Positions 21,704-31,777 are shown, numbered from the whole stretch's first letter. The stretch: DNA of 63,529 bases, filler included, from Candidatus Zapsychrus exili (GCA_030765585.1; 5 parts of 5 records of this genome joined end to end with filler, not necessarily neighbours in it), one strand, 5' to 3'. Notes: generated by a model from the letters alone, not told the origin. Made by a program: numbers and translations.

Positions 21704-23531
21704 ATGTATAAAAAAAGACAATTTATTTTTTATAGGGGTTTTCTCTACAAACTATTTACCTTTATAATTTTATCTACAACGCTAATGTCTTCGTATGCCT
21801 TCGCGGACAATATCGAGGCTATTCTAGACTCTGCCGACGGGTCAAGCTCTGTATCTTTTCAGGATTCTGGTGCAGTTGAAGTATTACATGTTGACTCAGA
21901 CGGTAATCTAACAGCCAGGGGATGTATTCGTGTGGATAGCGATGGCGGTGAATGTTCCGAGATAGAAGGCCTTACCGTAGATGGTAATGTTGGAATAGGA
22001 ACAACTGACCCAGCAATAAAATTTCATACAAATACTAATGCCGCAGCAACAACTGCAATTATGCGTATTGAGAATGCAGTAAATAATTTTGATACATTTA
22101 TCTCAAACGCAACTCCTGAAGGAAGTATTATTGCTAATATGGGTGATATATGTGTTGATCCTACAAATGGTCTTATGTTTATTAAGGAAGTAGGCACTGC
22201 TACAAACACTGGATGGAAACAAGTAGGTTATGGTGCTGGTAATATGGCCAATGAATTCTTAAGCAATTTAAGTGATGGTAATGTTGCAGTAAATACATCT
22301 ATAATTTCAGATACTGATTCAACAGATGATTTAGGTTCATCAGCGATTGCGTGGGCAAATATTTATGGGGATGCGATAAGGAGTGCAACAGGCGTTAATC
22401 TTCTCATAGACTCAGCAACAGGAACGTTAGACATAGATGATACTACAATTGATTTATCAACACAGGCAGTTGGTGTAACTTTAAACAATGTAGCAAATGC
22501 ATTAAACGTTGATTCAGATACGTTTACTGTTGATGCAATAAACAATAGAGTTGGTATTGGTACAAGTGCGCCACAAGCTGTTTTGCATGTTATAGGTGAC
22601 GAAGCAAGATATGGAGATGGTGGTACTCTTAATTATGCTTCAGGAGATGGAGATGTATACATTGAGAATGTTTTGGAAGTTGATGGACATATTTATGGTG
22701 ACTTATCAGGATCTGTTAATTTGGCTTTGATGAAAGGTTCTGTAGTCTTTGGTGATACTGATGGTTCAGCAACAGAAGACAACGCAAATCTTTTCTGGAA
22801 CGATACAGATAATTATATGGGCATCGGAACTGCGGTACCAACAGGTAAATTGACTGTTAAAAGTGCAACCGATGTTGAGGTCGCTCGTTTCTTAGACGAA
22901 AGTGGCAACATAGTTATTATTGACGAAGACGGTCGTCTTGGTATTGGGACAACTAATCCAGAAACATTACTTCAAATAAAAGGTGGAGATGTAAAAATAG
23001 GTACTGGTTCGTTTGATAAGGCAGGGTTAAGCGATGATTTGTATGTAACAGGAGAGCTAGAAGTTGATGGCTCAAGTTGGCAAAAGCTAGTTTATGCAAC
23101 ATCCGTTGGTATTGGCACATCATCTCCAACATCTCTTTTAGAGGTACAGGATACTGATGCATCGCCAATAATAAGTATTACAAATTTATCTGATACAGAT
23201 TACGATCCTATAATTAAATTCCGCACGGGCGATGCTGCACAGACTAGATTTACTATTGGCGTTGATGACTCTGATGCTACAAAATTTAAGATTGAAGCAG
23301 CAGATTCATTAGGAGCAACAACTCCTGCTTTAGCAATAGATTCAAATGAACAAATTGGTATTGGTACAGGTGCGCCAACTTCGTTATTACAAATTGTAGG
23401 TGGTGATGTAAAAGTAGGTACAGGTACATTTGATAATGCAGGTAGTAGCGACGACCTTTATGTTACAGGCAACCTAGAAGTAGATGGCAGCGTCTGGCTT
23501 GGTGATGCTAGTGCTGATAATCTGACTGTTA
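21704..23531 (+). CDS. Secreted fibre/adhesin-like protein with GNVGIGT-x-x-P repeats; 3'-truncated by contig end
   Basis: Signal peptide (SYAFA-D); six (V/L/M/I)GIGT.. P repeats; duplicated GGDVK.GTG.FD.AG.SDDLYVTG.LEVDGS. Confidence 0.75.
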
Positions 23532-23631
23532 NNNNNNNNNNNNNNNNNNNNNNNNNNNNNNNNNNNNNNNNNNNNTTAATTAATTAANNNNNNNNNNNNN
23601 NNNNNNNNNNNNNNNNNNNNNNNNNNNNNNN
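23532..23631. other. Artificial contig linker
   Basis: N-run, TTAATTAATTAA, N-run. Confidence 0.99.
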
Positions 23632-23754
23632 AGGGCAATGAAGTATTAATGGGTTGACCGAGGGATATGAGCATTCCCATGGAGCGTTTCTTGTGGAGTG
23701 ACACAAGTAGTTGTATTGTTTGATGTTGTGTAGTTCGACTCGTGTCCCATTCGA

Positions 23755-23900
23755 CCCGTTGACACATTTACAAATGTGTCAACGGGAATAGTGGCTTTTC
23801 TAAAATTAAAATGAAGCCACTAGTACCGTTTACTTGTTACAAATGTGTTAACGGGATCAACAGCTTATCTGATTTTAGCGGAAGCTGTCAATACCGTACC
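23755..23900. repeat. Alternating palindrome cluster (A-B-A'-B')
   Basis: CCCGTTGACACATTT-ac-AAATGTGTCAACGGG, TAGTGGCTT..AAGCCACTA, degenerate copy ending ACAAATGTGTTAACGGGA, CAGCTT..AAGCTG. Confidence 0.7.
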
Positions 23901-23966
23901 GTTTCGCAGGATTGAAGCTGATTTAGTAATAATAAATAACCCTTCCGATACATACTTAAAATTAAA

Positions 23967-26099
23967 ATGACAAAAGAATACGATATAAAAATATCTAAAG
24001 AGTTAGGGCTTAAAACCTCTCAGGTATCATCGACTGTAAAACTATTGGATGATGATGCAACAGTTCCTTTTATTGCTCGATACAGAAAAGAAGTAACAGG
24101 AAGTTTAGATGAGGTCGTAATAACATCTATAAGAGATAGGTTAAAGCAATTAAGAGAGCTTGATAAAAGGCGAGAAACTGTTCTTAGCAGCATAAAAGAG
24201 CAGGGGAAGCTCGACAGTAAATTAAAAAAGAAGATTTTAAGCGCAGAAACGATAACAATCTTAGAAGATATTTATCTGCCATATAAGCCTAAACGTCGAA
24301 CAAAAGCTACCGTTGCAAAAGAAAAGGGACTCGAGCTTTTAGCTAAGAAAGTGTTTGAACAAAATGGAATAGATATAAATAAAGAAGCTGAAAAATTTAT
24401 CGATCAGAAGAAAAAAGTTGAATCAGTTGAAGATGCTTTACTTGGAGCACGGCATATTATTGCTGAATGGATAAATGAAAATCAAGAAGCTAGATCGGTT
24501 TTAAGAGATTTGTTTCTTCAAAAAGCTGCATTGGTATCTACAATAATTAAAGGAAAAGAAGCTGAAGCTATAAAGTACAAAGATTATTATGATTTAAAGG
24601 AATTAGCAAAAGATTGCCCATCGCACAGAATGCTTGCTGTCCGTCGTGCTGAAAAAGAAGGTTTTCTTACGATGAGTGTATTGCCAGATTTTGATGAAGC
24701 TGTGCAAATATTAAAGAAACAGTTTGTAAAAGGTTCAGCAGAAGATTCTAAACAGGTGGAAATTGCAGCAGAAGATAGTTATAAGAGACTTCTGTCTGTA
24801 TCTCTTCAAACTGAGATACGAGTTGGTTTAAAGAAAAAAGCTGATAATGACGCCATTGATATATTTAAGAATAATTTAGAGCAACTTTTGATGGCGCCAC
24901 CATTGGGTCAGAAATCAATTTTAGCAATAGATCCAGGCTTAAGAACTGGATGTAAGGTTGTTTGTTTAGATAAACAGGGTAAGCTTTTAGCAAACGACAC
25001 AATCTATTTGTTAAGCGATGAACAAAAACAAAAGGCAGTGCAAATAATAAAAGATTTGTGTGAGAATTTTGAGATAGAGGTAATTGCGGTTGGAAATGGT
25101 ACTGCATCAAGAGAGACTGAGAGTTTTATTAAGTCTATTGGTCTTAAAGAAGAAATAAAAATTATTATGGTTAGCGAAACTGGAGCTTCAGTTTATTCTG
25201 CTTCAGATGTAGCTCGAGAAGAATTTCCAGATTATGACATTACGGTTCGTGGCTCTATCTCTATCGGAAGAAGGCTTATGGATCCGTTAGCCGAACTTGT
25301 TAAAATTGACCCTAAGTCTATAGGGGTAGGGCAATATCAACATGATGTTGATCAAAATTTATTGAAGTTAAGTCTAGACGATGCTGTTGTAAGTTGTGTT
25401 AATAGGGTGGGTGTTGAGTTAAACACTGCAAGCAGACAACTTTTATCATACGTCTCAGGTTTGGGAAATTCACGTGCAGGTGCGATTATTGATTTTAGAG
25501 ATAAGAACGGAGCGTTTAGCTCTCGAGAACAATTAAAGAAAGTTGTAGGTTTAGGCCCAAAAGCTATTGAACAAGCCGCAGGATTTTTGCGCATATACGG
25601 CGGAGATAATCCGCTAGATGCAAGTGCTGTTCATCCTGAAAGATATGATATAGTTTACGGTATTGCAAAAGACTTACAGTGCGATGTCAAAGATTTAATA
25701 TTAAAAGCTGAGCTTCTTGAAAATATTAATTTGAATAAATATGCAAATGATGATGTGGGCTTACCTACATTAAATGATATAAAAAGTGAGTTGATTAAGC
25801 CAGGAAGAGATCCTAGAGAACCTTTTCAGTTATTCTCATTTAAAGAAGGCGTAAATACGCTCCAAGATATAGAGCCAGGGATGAAATTACCAGGTATTAT
25901 AACTAATATTACTGCTTTTGGTGCATTTGCAGATATCGGCGTTCATCAAGATGGATTGATTCACATAAGTCAGCTTTCAGAAAAATATATAAAAGATCCT
26001 AAAGAAGTTGTTAAATTGAGCCAACAAGTAGAAGTTACTGTTTTAGAGGTTGATTTGCCACGAAAAAGGATAGCTTTAACCCTAAAAGCCAATGCTTAA
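23967..26099 (+). CDS. tex: Tex-family RNA-binding transcription accessory protein
   Basis: ATVPFIARYRKE, DPGLRTGCK, GASVYSAS, DPLAELVKIDPKSIGVGQYQHDV, S1 domain. Confidence 0.97.
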   Translation: MTKEYDIKISKELGLKTSQVSSTVKLLDDDATVPFIARYRKEVTGSLDEVVITSIRDRLKQLRELDKRRETVLSSIKEQGKLDSKLKKKILSAETITILEDIYLPYKPKRRTKATVAKEKGLELLAKKVFEQNGIDINKEAEKFIDQKKKVESVEDALLGARHIIAEWINENQEARSVLRDLFLQKAALVSTIIKGKEAEAIKYKDYYDLKELAKDCPSHRMLAVRRAEKEGFLTMSVLPDFDEAVQILKKQFVKGSAEDSKQVEIAAEDSYKRLLSVSLQTEIRVGLKKKADNDAIDIFKNNLEQLLMAPPLGQKSILAIDPGLRTGCKVVCLDKQGKLLANDTIYLLSDEQKQKAVQIIKDLCENFEIEVIAVGNGTASRETESFIKSIGLKEEIKIIMVSETGASVYSASDVAREEFPDYDITVRGSISIGRRLMDPLAELVKIDPKSIGVGQYQHDVDQNLLKLSLDDAVVSCVNRVGVELNTASRQLLSYVSGLGNSRAGAIIDFRDKNGAFSSREQLKKVVGLGPKAIEQAAGFLRIYGGDNPLDASAVHPERYDIVYGIAKDLQCDVKDLILKAELLENINLNKYANDDVGLPTLNDIKSELIKPGRDPREPFQLFSFKEGVNTLQDIEPGMKLPGIITNITAFGAFADIGVHQDGLIHISQLSEKYIKDPKEVVKLSQQVEVTVLEVDLPRKRIALTLKANA

Positions 26100-26160
26100 G
26101 TTAAAAGTAAGGGAATATATTGACAACAAAATATATAAAATGTAACATAGCATATAATAC

Positions 26161-26333
26161 AAACTCTAAACTCTAAGCTCTAAGCTCTAAGCTCTAAACT
26201 CGAAACTCTAAATAAATTTTAAATATAAAATTCAAATGTTTAAAGATTAGTATTTTATAAAGAATTGTAGGATTTTTTTGAATTTTGGTCATTTTGATTT
26301 TACATTTGTTTAGAGTTTCGAGTTTAGTGTTTA
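26161..26333. repeat. Heptamer (AAACTCT/AAGCTCT x7) element with an inverted arm
   Basis: Seven tandem units at 26161-26209; 26304-26333 is complementary to the array end. Confidence 0.8.
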
Positions 26334-26351
26334 TTTTTTAAGGAGTTATTT

Positions 26352-27368
26352 TTGAGAAAGAAATTAAAGATATTAAAATTAATAGTTTTCTTATTATTAG
26401 TTAGCAATATTTTAGCGCCAACTTGCTTTGCGATGGCAAAAATTCCTGGCTTTCAAAGCCAAGAATCTGGTAAAAACGTAGACTCTGCAGTTGGACAGTC
26501 TTCAATTATTGATTTTTTAGCACCTACACGTGAAACAAAAAAGAAACTAGTAGAAACATTGTTTGTAGCGTTGGTAGGCTATATATTGCTTTTTGCGTTT
26601 ATAAAAATTGTAAATAGTAGAATACGAGACATTAAAACAAAACATACCTTAAGAAAGAACGCTAGTTATTTTGTAACAATTATTCTAGTTATTATAATAT
26701 TTTTCATTTGGATTCAGAAGTTAAGCTCAATTACTATATTTCTTGGTGTTGCTGGTGCTGGTTTAGCATTAGCGCTTCAAGAGGCGTTATTATGTATTGC
26801 AGGGTGGATGCTTATTATGGTAAGACGACCGTTTGAAGTAGGGGACCGAATTGAGATAAATGGAGTTAAGGGCGATATAATAGATATAAGGGTTTTTCAG
26901 ACAGCATTGTTAGAAATAGGTAATTGGGTAGATGCTGATCAAAGCACTGGAAGAATTGTAAATGTTCCAAATAGCTTTTTGTTTAAGCATGAGAATTATA
27001 ATTATAGTAAAGGATTTGAGTTTATATGGAACGAAATACCTCTTCTTATAACATTTGAAAGTGATTGGAAGCGTGGCAAAGAAATTATTACTTCTCATGC
27101 TGAGAGTTTAGCTGAAGGAATGGAGCATGAAGTAAGAAGAAAAATTGAAGTAATGCGCAACAGATATATGATTTATTATGGTAAGCTTTCCCCAATTGTT
27201 TATGTAAGCATAAAAGATAGCGGAGTTGAACTTACAGTAAGATATTTGGTAGAGGCAAAAAAGAGGCGCTCTACGCAGGATTATTTGTGTCAGAAAATTC
27301 TAGAAGACTTTGAAAAAGAACCCAACGTTACTTTTGCATACCCAACATACAGAATAGTAAAAAATTGA
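26352..27368 (+). CDS. MscS-family mechanosensitive channel
   Basis: GVAGAGLALALQ, RPFEVGDRIEI, GRIVNVPN, FAYPT. Confidence 0.92.
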   Translation: MRKKLKILKLIVFLLLVSNILAPTCFAMAKIPGFQSQESGKNVDSAVGQSSIIDFLAPTRETKKKLVETLFVALVGYILLFAFIKIVNSRIRDIKTKHTLRKNASYFVTIILVIIIFFIWIQKLSSITIFLGVAGAGLALALQEALLCIAGWMLIMVRRPFEVGDRIEINGVKGDIIDIRVFQTALLEIGNWVDADQSTGRIVNVPNSFLFKHENYNYSKGFEFIWNEIPLLITFESDWKRGKEIITSHAESLAEGMEHEVRRKIEVMRNRYMIYYGKLSPIVYVSIKDSGVELTVRYLVEAKKRRSTQDYLCQKILEDFEKEPNVTFAYPTYRIVKN

Positions 27369-27378
27369 CAGCAAAGCT

Positions 27379-27499
27379 GTCATCCCTGCAAAGGCACGTA
27401 AAGTCCCGCTGGAACCATGTCCCTTTACGGACAGGGATCCCTTTTAAACTAAGAAGTAATATTTTGCACCGTAGAGATTCCTGCATGCGCAGGAATGAC
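27379..27499. repeat. GTCAT..ATGAC palindromic element with a nested hairpin
   Basis: GTCATCCCTGC..CAGGGATCCC left arm, GATTCCTGCATGCGCAGGAATGAC right arm. Confidence 0.7.
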
Positions 27500-27520
27500 A
27501 ATAGGTTTTAAATAAAAATT

Positions 27521-29209
27521 ATGTCATATCTAGTTTTAGCAAGAAAATATAGACCTCAAAATTTTGACGAGATAATTGGGCAAGACCATATCATCGAGAT
27601 ATTAAAGAAAGCTGTTTTGTCTGATAAGGTTTCTCATGCCTATCTTTTTAGCGGACCTCGCGGAATAGGCAAAACATCCTGCGCTCGTATTTTAGCAAAA
27701 TCTCTTAATTGCGAAAAAGGTCCCACCACTGAACCTTGTCATAAATGTCCTGCCTGTGATGAAATAACAAAAGGTACAAGCTTCGATGTGTTAGAAATTG
27801 ATGGCGCATCTAATCGTGGCATAGATGAAATAAGAACGTTGCGCGAAAACGTTAAGTTTGCACCAAGCTGTGGAAAATTTAAGATATATATTGTTGATGA
27901 AGTTCATATGCTTACAATGGAGGCGTTTAATGCATTGCTTAAAACATTAGAAGAGCCGCCAGAACATGTTAAGTTTATTTTTGCAACAACCGCGCCTAAC
28001 AAAGTTCCGCAAACTATTATCTCTCGTTGTCAGAGATTTGATTTTAAAAGAATGTCTTTAAAAGTCATAGCGGATGCTCTTGAATCAATAAGCAAGAAAG
28101 AAAAGTTCAGGATAGACATAGAAGCACTTTCTGCAATAGGAAAAGCCGCCGAAGGAAGCTTTAGAGATGCTTTGAGCATATTAGATCAATTGAGCGCCTT
28201 AAGCGATAATAGTATAAAAGCCAGCGATGTTTTTTCTATGTTAGGCCTAGTTGAGACGCAACTTTTATTTAATTTGGTTGATAAGTTAGCTGATAAGAAT
28301 TGTTCAGAGGCTCTTAAGATATTAGACGAGATAATTGATAAAGGAAAAGATGTAAGACAGCTTGTTAAGAATTTAAATGAACATTTTAGGAATCTAATGA
28401 TAATAAAAGTTGGAGGGAAATCCTTAGGTAAGTTAGTAAACTATCCGGTTTCTATTAAAGAGATGTTTTTAAAACAGGCAGACAGTTTTTCTTTAAAAGA
28501 CATATTAAGCGCAATAGATGTTTTAATCCAAGCGCAAGAAACATCACGCATAACAGAGTCTATGCGCATGCCTCTGGAAGTTGCTTTTGCTAAGTTGACT
28601 TATGTGGATGGAAGTTTTCCTAAAAATGTGGAAAATGTGGGGTCAGAAAATGTGGGGTCAGACCCCCATAAAGAAAGCAGCAATTCTTTTCTTACGGCAA
28701 GCGCTTTAAAGAGCGAAAAAGGAGCTGTTGATATATCGGGTCCTTTGAAAAACGAAGACAATATAGAGCAAGAGATTAAAGAAATAAAAGAGACGTCGTT
28801 AGAGAATAACTCGCCCATAGAAGAGCAGAAGTTACCATTGCAAGAAGATATGCAGCAAAATATAGATCTTAATAGAATAAAACGTATGTGGGATTCTCTT
28901 ACGCATGCTGTAAGTAGAGAAAGAATGTCTATAGCTACTTATTTACAAGAAGGTTCTCCTTCTAATTTTAAAGAAAATAAGATAACAATAGCATTTCCTA
29001 GTAAATGTAGATTTCAAAAAGAATCATTAGAAAATCAAGCGACTACTGAACTTATTGAGAGAAAGATATCTGAGAAATTAAATAGCAAGATTTTTGTTGA
29101 GTATATAATTGATGATGAGTGTGAGCCGCAAATTTTAGAAGACCCATCGGTCAAGAATGTTCTAGATGCTTTTAAGGGTAAAATAACTAATAAATGGCAT
29201 AACGAATAA
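27521..29209 (+). CDS. dnaX: DNA polymerase III subunit gamma/tau
   Basis: LARKYRPQ, GPRGIGKT, EIDGASN, DEVHML, SRCQRF. Confidence 0.97.
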   Translation: MSYLVLARKYRPQNFDEIIGQDHIIEILKKAVLSDKVSHAYLFSGPRGIGKTSCARILAKSLNCEKGPTTEPCHKCPACDEITKGTSFDVLEIDGASNRGIDEIRTLRENVKFAPSCGKFKIYIVDEVHMLTMEAFNALLKTLEEPPEHVKFIFATTAPNKVPQTIISRCQRFDFKRMSLKVIADALESISKKEKFRIDIEALSAIGKAAEGSFRDALSILDQLSALSDNSIKASDVFSMLGLVETQLLFNLVDKLADKNCSEALKILDEIIDKGKDVRQLVKNLNEHFRNLMIIKVGGKSLGKLVNYPVSIKEMFLKQADSFSLKDILSAIDVLIQAQETSRITESMRMPLEVAFAKLTYVDGSFPKNVENVGSENVGSDPHKESSNSFLTASALKSEKGAVDISGPLKNEDNIEQEIKEIKETSLENNSPIEEQKLPLQEDMQQNIDLNRIKRMWDSLTHAVSRERMSIATYLQEGSPSNFKENKITIAFPSKCRFQKESLENQATTELIERKISEKLNSKIFVEYIIDDECEPQILEDPSVKNVLDAFKGKITNKWHNE

Positions 29210-29210
29210 A

Positions 29211-29809
29211 ATGAGCTATCCTAGATTAATAGAAAATTTAATTGAGAAATTATCAAAACTTCCTGGCGTAGGAAGAAGAAGCGCCGAAAGAATGGTGTTT
29301 TGGCTTTTAGACCAATCAAAAGAAACATCAAGCGCGCTCGCAGAAAATATCATACAATTAAAAGAAGATATGACGTTCTGTAGGATTTGCAATAACTTAA
29401 CCGATACAGAAGTATGTCAAGTTTGTAGCGATACTACTCGTGATCAAAGTATAATTTGTGTTGTAAAAAACCCAAAAGATTTGTTAGCAATAGAAAAAAC
29501 AGGTGCTTTTAAGGGATGTTATCATGTTTTGCTAGGAACTATTTCTCCGTCAGATGGAAGAGGACCTGATAGCATAAAAATACAGCAGCTTCTTGATCGT
29601 GTAGCGTCTTGTGATATAGAAGAAGTTGTTATAGCAACAGATCCAGATAGTGAAGGCGAGATGACAGCACTTTTTTTGACTAAACACTTAAAGCCCTTGG
29701 AGTAAAGGTAAGCAGAATCGGTTTTGGCATTCCTATGGGAGGTGCTGTTGAGTATACTGATGCATCAACGCTAAGTATATCAGTTTCATCACGCCGTGAA
29801 ATAATGTAA
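29211..29809 (+). CDS. recR: Recombination mediator RecR; one base missing near 29699
   Basis: [12 protein letters not shown]4 zinc finger, Toprim; alternate frame continues [26 protein letters not shown] to 29809. Confidence 0.93.
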
Positions 29810-29897
29810 TAAAGGCAAGAGCTGTCTTTATCTTGTAAACATTTAGTTTTACTAATTTAATTATCCCCCAGAGTAAAAACAAAGGGGGATTTATATT

Positions 29898-30899
29898 ATG
29901 AAAAAGAACGAATTAAAAGAAAATTTAGGTGAGATTGCTATCTTTAAACTAAAAGGAGGCAATGTCAAAGTTGAGGTTAATATTGAGAATGAGACTGTGT
30001 GGATAACGCAGTCACAGATGTCTGATTTATTTTCAACGGAGAGAAGCGTTGTTACAAAGCATATTCGTAACATATTGAGATCTAGAGAACTTATAGAAAA
30101 TTCAGTATGTGCAATTTTTGCACGTGCTGCTTCTGATAAAAAGATTTATAAGACTAAATTTTATAACTTGGATATGATAATTTCTGTTGGATATAGAGTG
30201 AATTCAAAGCTTGGTACCAAGTTTCGTATTTGGGCCACCAATGTATTGAGGCAACATATGGTAAAAGGATATACCATAAACAATAATAGGCTTAAGAAAG
30301 AATCAAAATTATATGAAGATTTAAAGAAAGCTGTTGACCTTTTAGGAAATGTTGTATCTCTGGAAAACGTTTCAGATGATGCAAAGGGTCTTATAGAAGT
30401 TATCTCTCAGTATTCAAAAGCCTTAAAAATTCTTGATGATTATGATTATAAAAGGTTAAAAGATGTCAAGACAACAAAAAAAGAAATATATAAGCTAACC
30501 TATGATGAGGCTAGGGGTATAATTGATGTATTAAGAAAGAAATTTAACGATTCAAATTTTGTTGGTCAAGAAAAAGATAAGAGTTTTGTAAGCTCAATAA
30601 GTGCAATTTATCAAACTTTTTCGGGAAAAGATTTATATCCAAGCGTAGAGGAAAAAGCAGCTAATCTCCTGTATTTTGTCACAAAGAATCATAGCTTTAT
30701 TGATGGAAACAAAAGGATAGCAGCAGCGTTATTTATATGTTTTTTGAAAAGAAACAATTTATTGTACGATACAAAAGGTAATCTTAGCATTAGTAATAGT
30801 GCGCTCGTTGCTTTAACGCTTATGATAGCTGCAAGCAGACCAAAAGAAAAAGATGAGATTGTGAAGGTTTTAGTTGGCTTATTGAGCAAGCGTTATTAG
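29898..30899 (+). CDS. RhuM-like DNA-binding domain fused to Fic/Doc domain
   Basis: YNLDMIISVGYRVNS..FRIWA; HSFIDGNKRIA. Confidence 0.92.
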   Translation: MKKNELKENLGEIAIFKLKGGNVKVEVNIENETVWITQSQMSDLFSTERSVVTKHIRNILRSRELIENSVCAIFARAASDKKIYKTKFYNLDMIISVGYRVNSKLGTKFRIWATNVLRQHMVKGYTINNNRLKKESKLYEDLKKAVDLLGNVVSLENVSDDAKGLIEVISQYSKALKILDDYDYKRLKDVKTTKKEIYKLTYDEARGIIDVLRKKFNDSNFVGQEKDKSFVSSISAIYQTFSGKDLYPSVEEKAANLLYFVTKNHSFIDGNKRIAAALFICFLKRNNLLYDTKGNLSISNSALVALTLMIAASRPKEKDEIVKVLVGLLSKRY

Positions 30900-30922
30900 G
30901 TGATAAGAAATAATAAAGAAAA

Positions 30923-30950
30923 TTGACTTTTATTATTTTTTATGTATAAT
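30923..30950 (+). promoter_or_regulatory. Sigma70-type promoter upstream of tRNA-Asn
   Basis: TTGACT-N16-TATAAT, followed by boxA-like TGATCTTTTAAAA at 30961. Confidence 0.7.
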
Positions 30951-31088
30951 TTGTATCAACTGATCTTTTAAAATGTAATCCTCTCTCACCACAAGGCGTG
31001 GTGAGCTCGCCAAGTTTTGTGGCGAGGTAGTATTAGAACATTTTTTATGTATTATGTTTTATTGTTGCATAGTATTTTAAAGATACAA

Positions 31089-31376
31089 TCCCCTGTAGCT
31101 CAGCTGGTAGAGCAATTGGCTGTTAGTTAAGTTAGCAGCCTCTAGCAGAAACGCTAGAGTGAATAAGTAGGCTAATTCAGGGAAACCCTATTCGATTAAT
31201 CGAAGGGCAATCCTGAGCTAGCATCCGTTATGATTTATAGCGGAGGGCAAGTGCAGAGACTTTACACCTACTTCCCAAACGTAAAGACGTGGGAAAAGAG
31301 AAAGTCCGACTCTTCAGGTAACTGGAGTCAGATCGTAACCAATGGGTCCGTGGTTCGAGTCCACGCGGGGGAGCCA
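31089..31376 (+). tRNA. tRNA-Asn(GUU), exons 31089-31123 and 31336-31376, CCA encoded
   Basis: Joined exons fold into a cloverleaf: TCCCCTG/CGGGGGA acceptor, GCTC/GAGC D stem, ATTGG/CCAAT with loop CTGTTAA, CGTGG-TTCGAGT-CCACG. Confidence 0.95.
31124..31335 (+). ncRNA. Group I self-splicing intron (IC3-like), 212 nt, no ORF
   Basis: P AATTCAGGGAAAC, Q AATCCTGAGC, R GTGCAGAGACT, S AAGAGAAAGTCC; P1 GGCTGT/GCAGCC with U.G at the 5' splice site; terminal G 31335. Confidence 0.93.
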
Positions 31377-31523
31377 ACTCGTTCTCTCATCAAAACGAGA
31401 GATAATACCACCAGAAGGGCCCTTCTTGGGTTTTTCTGGTGGTATTTTTATTTCAGGTAAATCCCAAAATGTGATTCTGACCTTTGATGAGTCCTCGTTA
31501 TATATAATCTTTTTGATAAGTAA

Positions 31524-31623
31524 NNNNNNNNNNNNNNNNNNNNNNNNNNNNNNNNNNNNNNNNNNNNTTAATTAATTAANNNNNNNNNNNNNNNNNNNNN
31601 NNNNNNNNNNNNNNNNNNNNNNN
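31524..31623. other. Artificial contig linker
   Basis: N-run, TTAATTAATTAA, N-run. Confidence 0.99.
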
Positions 31624-31624
31624 T

Positions 31625-31729
31625 GTGGAAATCCTTGTGGGAGAAGAACTTTTCGTTCAGCCAAAAGAAGATTTGATAAACGATATTAAAGAATTGGTTG
31701 GAAAAGAGAGTTTTTCTGTTACACTTTGA
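31625..31729 (+). CDS. 3' end of a truncated gene, possibly the DnaE C-terminus
   Basis: VEILVGEELFVQPKEDLINDIKELVGKESFSVTL*. Confidence 0.4.
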   Translation: MEILVGEELFVQPKEDLINDIKELVGKESFSVTL

Positions 31730-31777
31730 TAGTTTCAGGGCCTAGTTTCTAGGATTTAACCCCTAGGATTTAATCGC

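Noticed and set aside
23755..23900. CRISPR array or integron attC sites
   Set aside because: Only two degenerate units, structured spacers, wrong core-site orientation, no cas or intI nearby
27379..27499. SRP RNA upstream of dnaX
   Set aside because: No GGAA-tetraloop helix 8 consensus; the ends match a palindromic repeat family
31047..31088. GIY-YIG nuclease 5' remnant (MYYV..LHS)
   Set aside because: Only about 14 codons; too short to support
31230..31575. ORFs 31230-31460 and 31342-31575 (possible homing endonuclease)
   Set aside because: They overlap intron core elements and the tRNA 3' exon and have no LAGLIDADG, HNH or GIY-YIG motif
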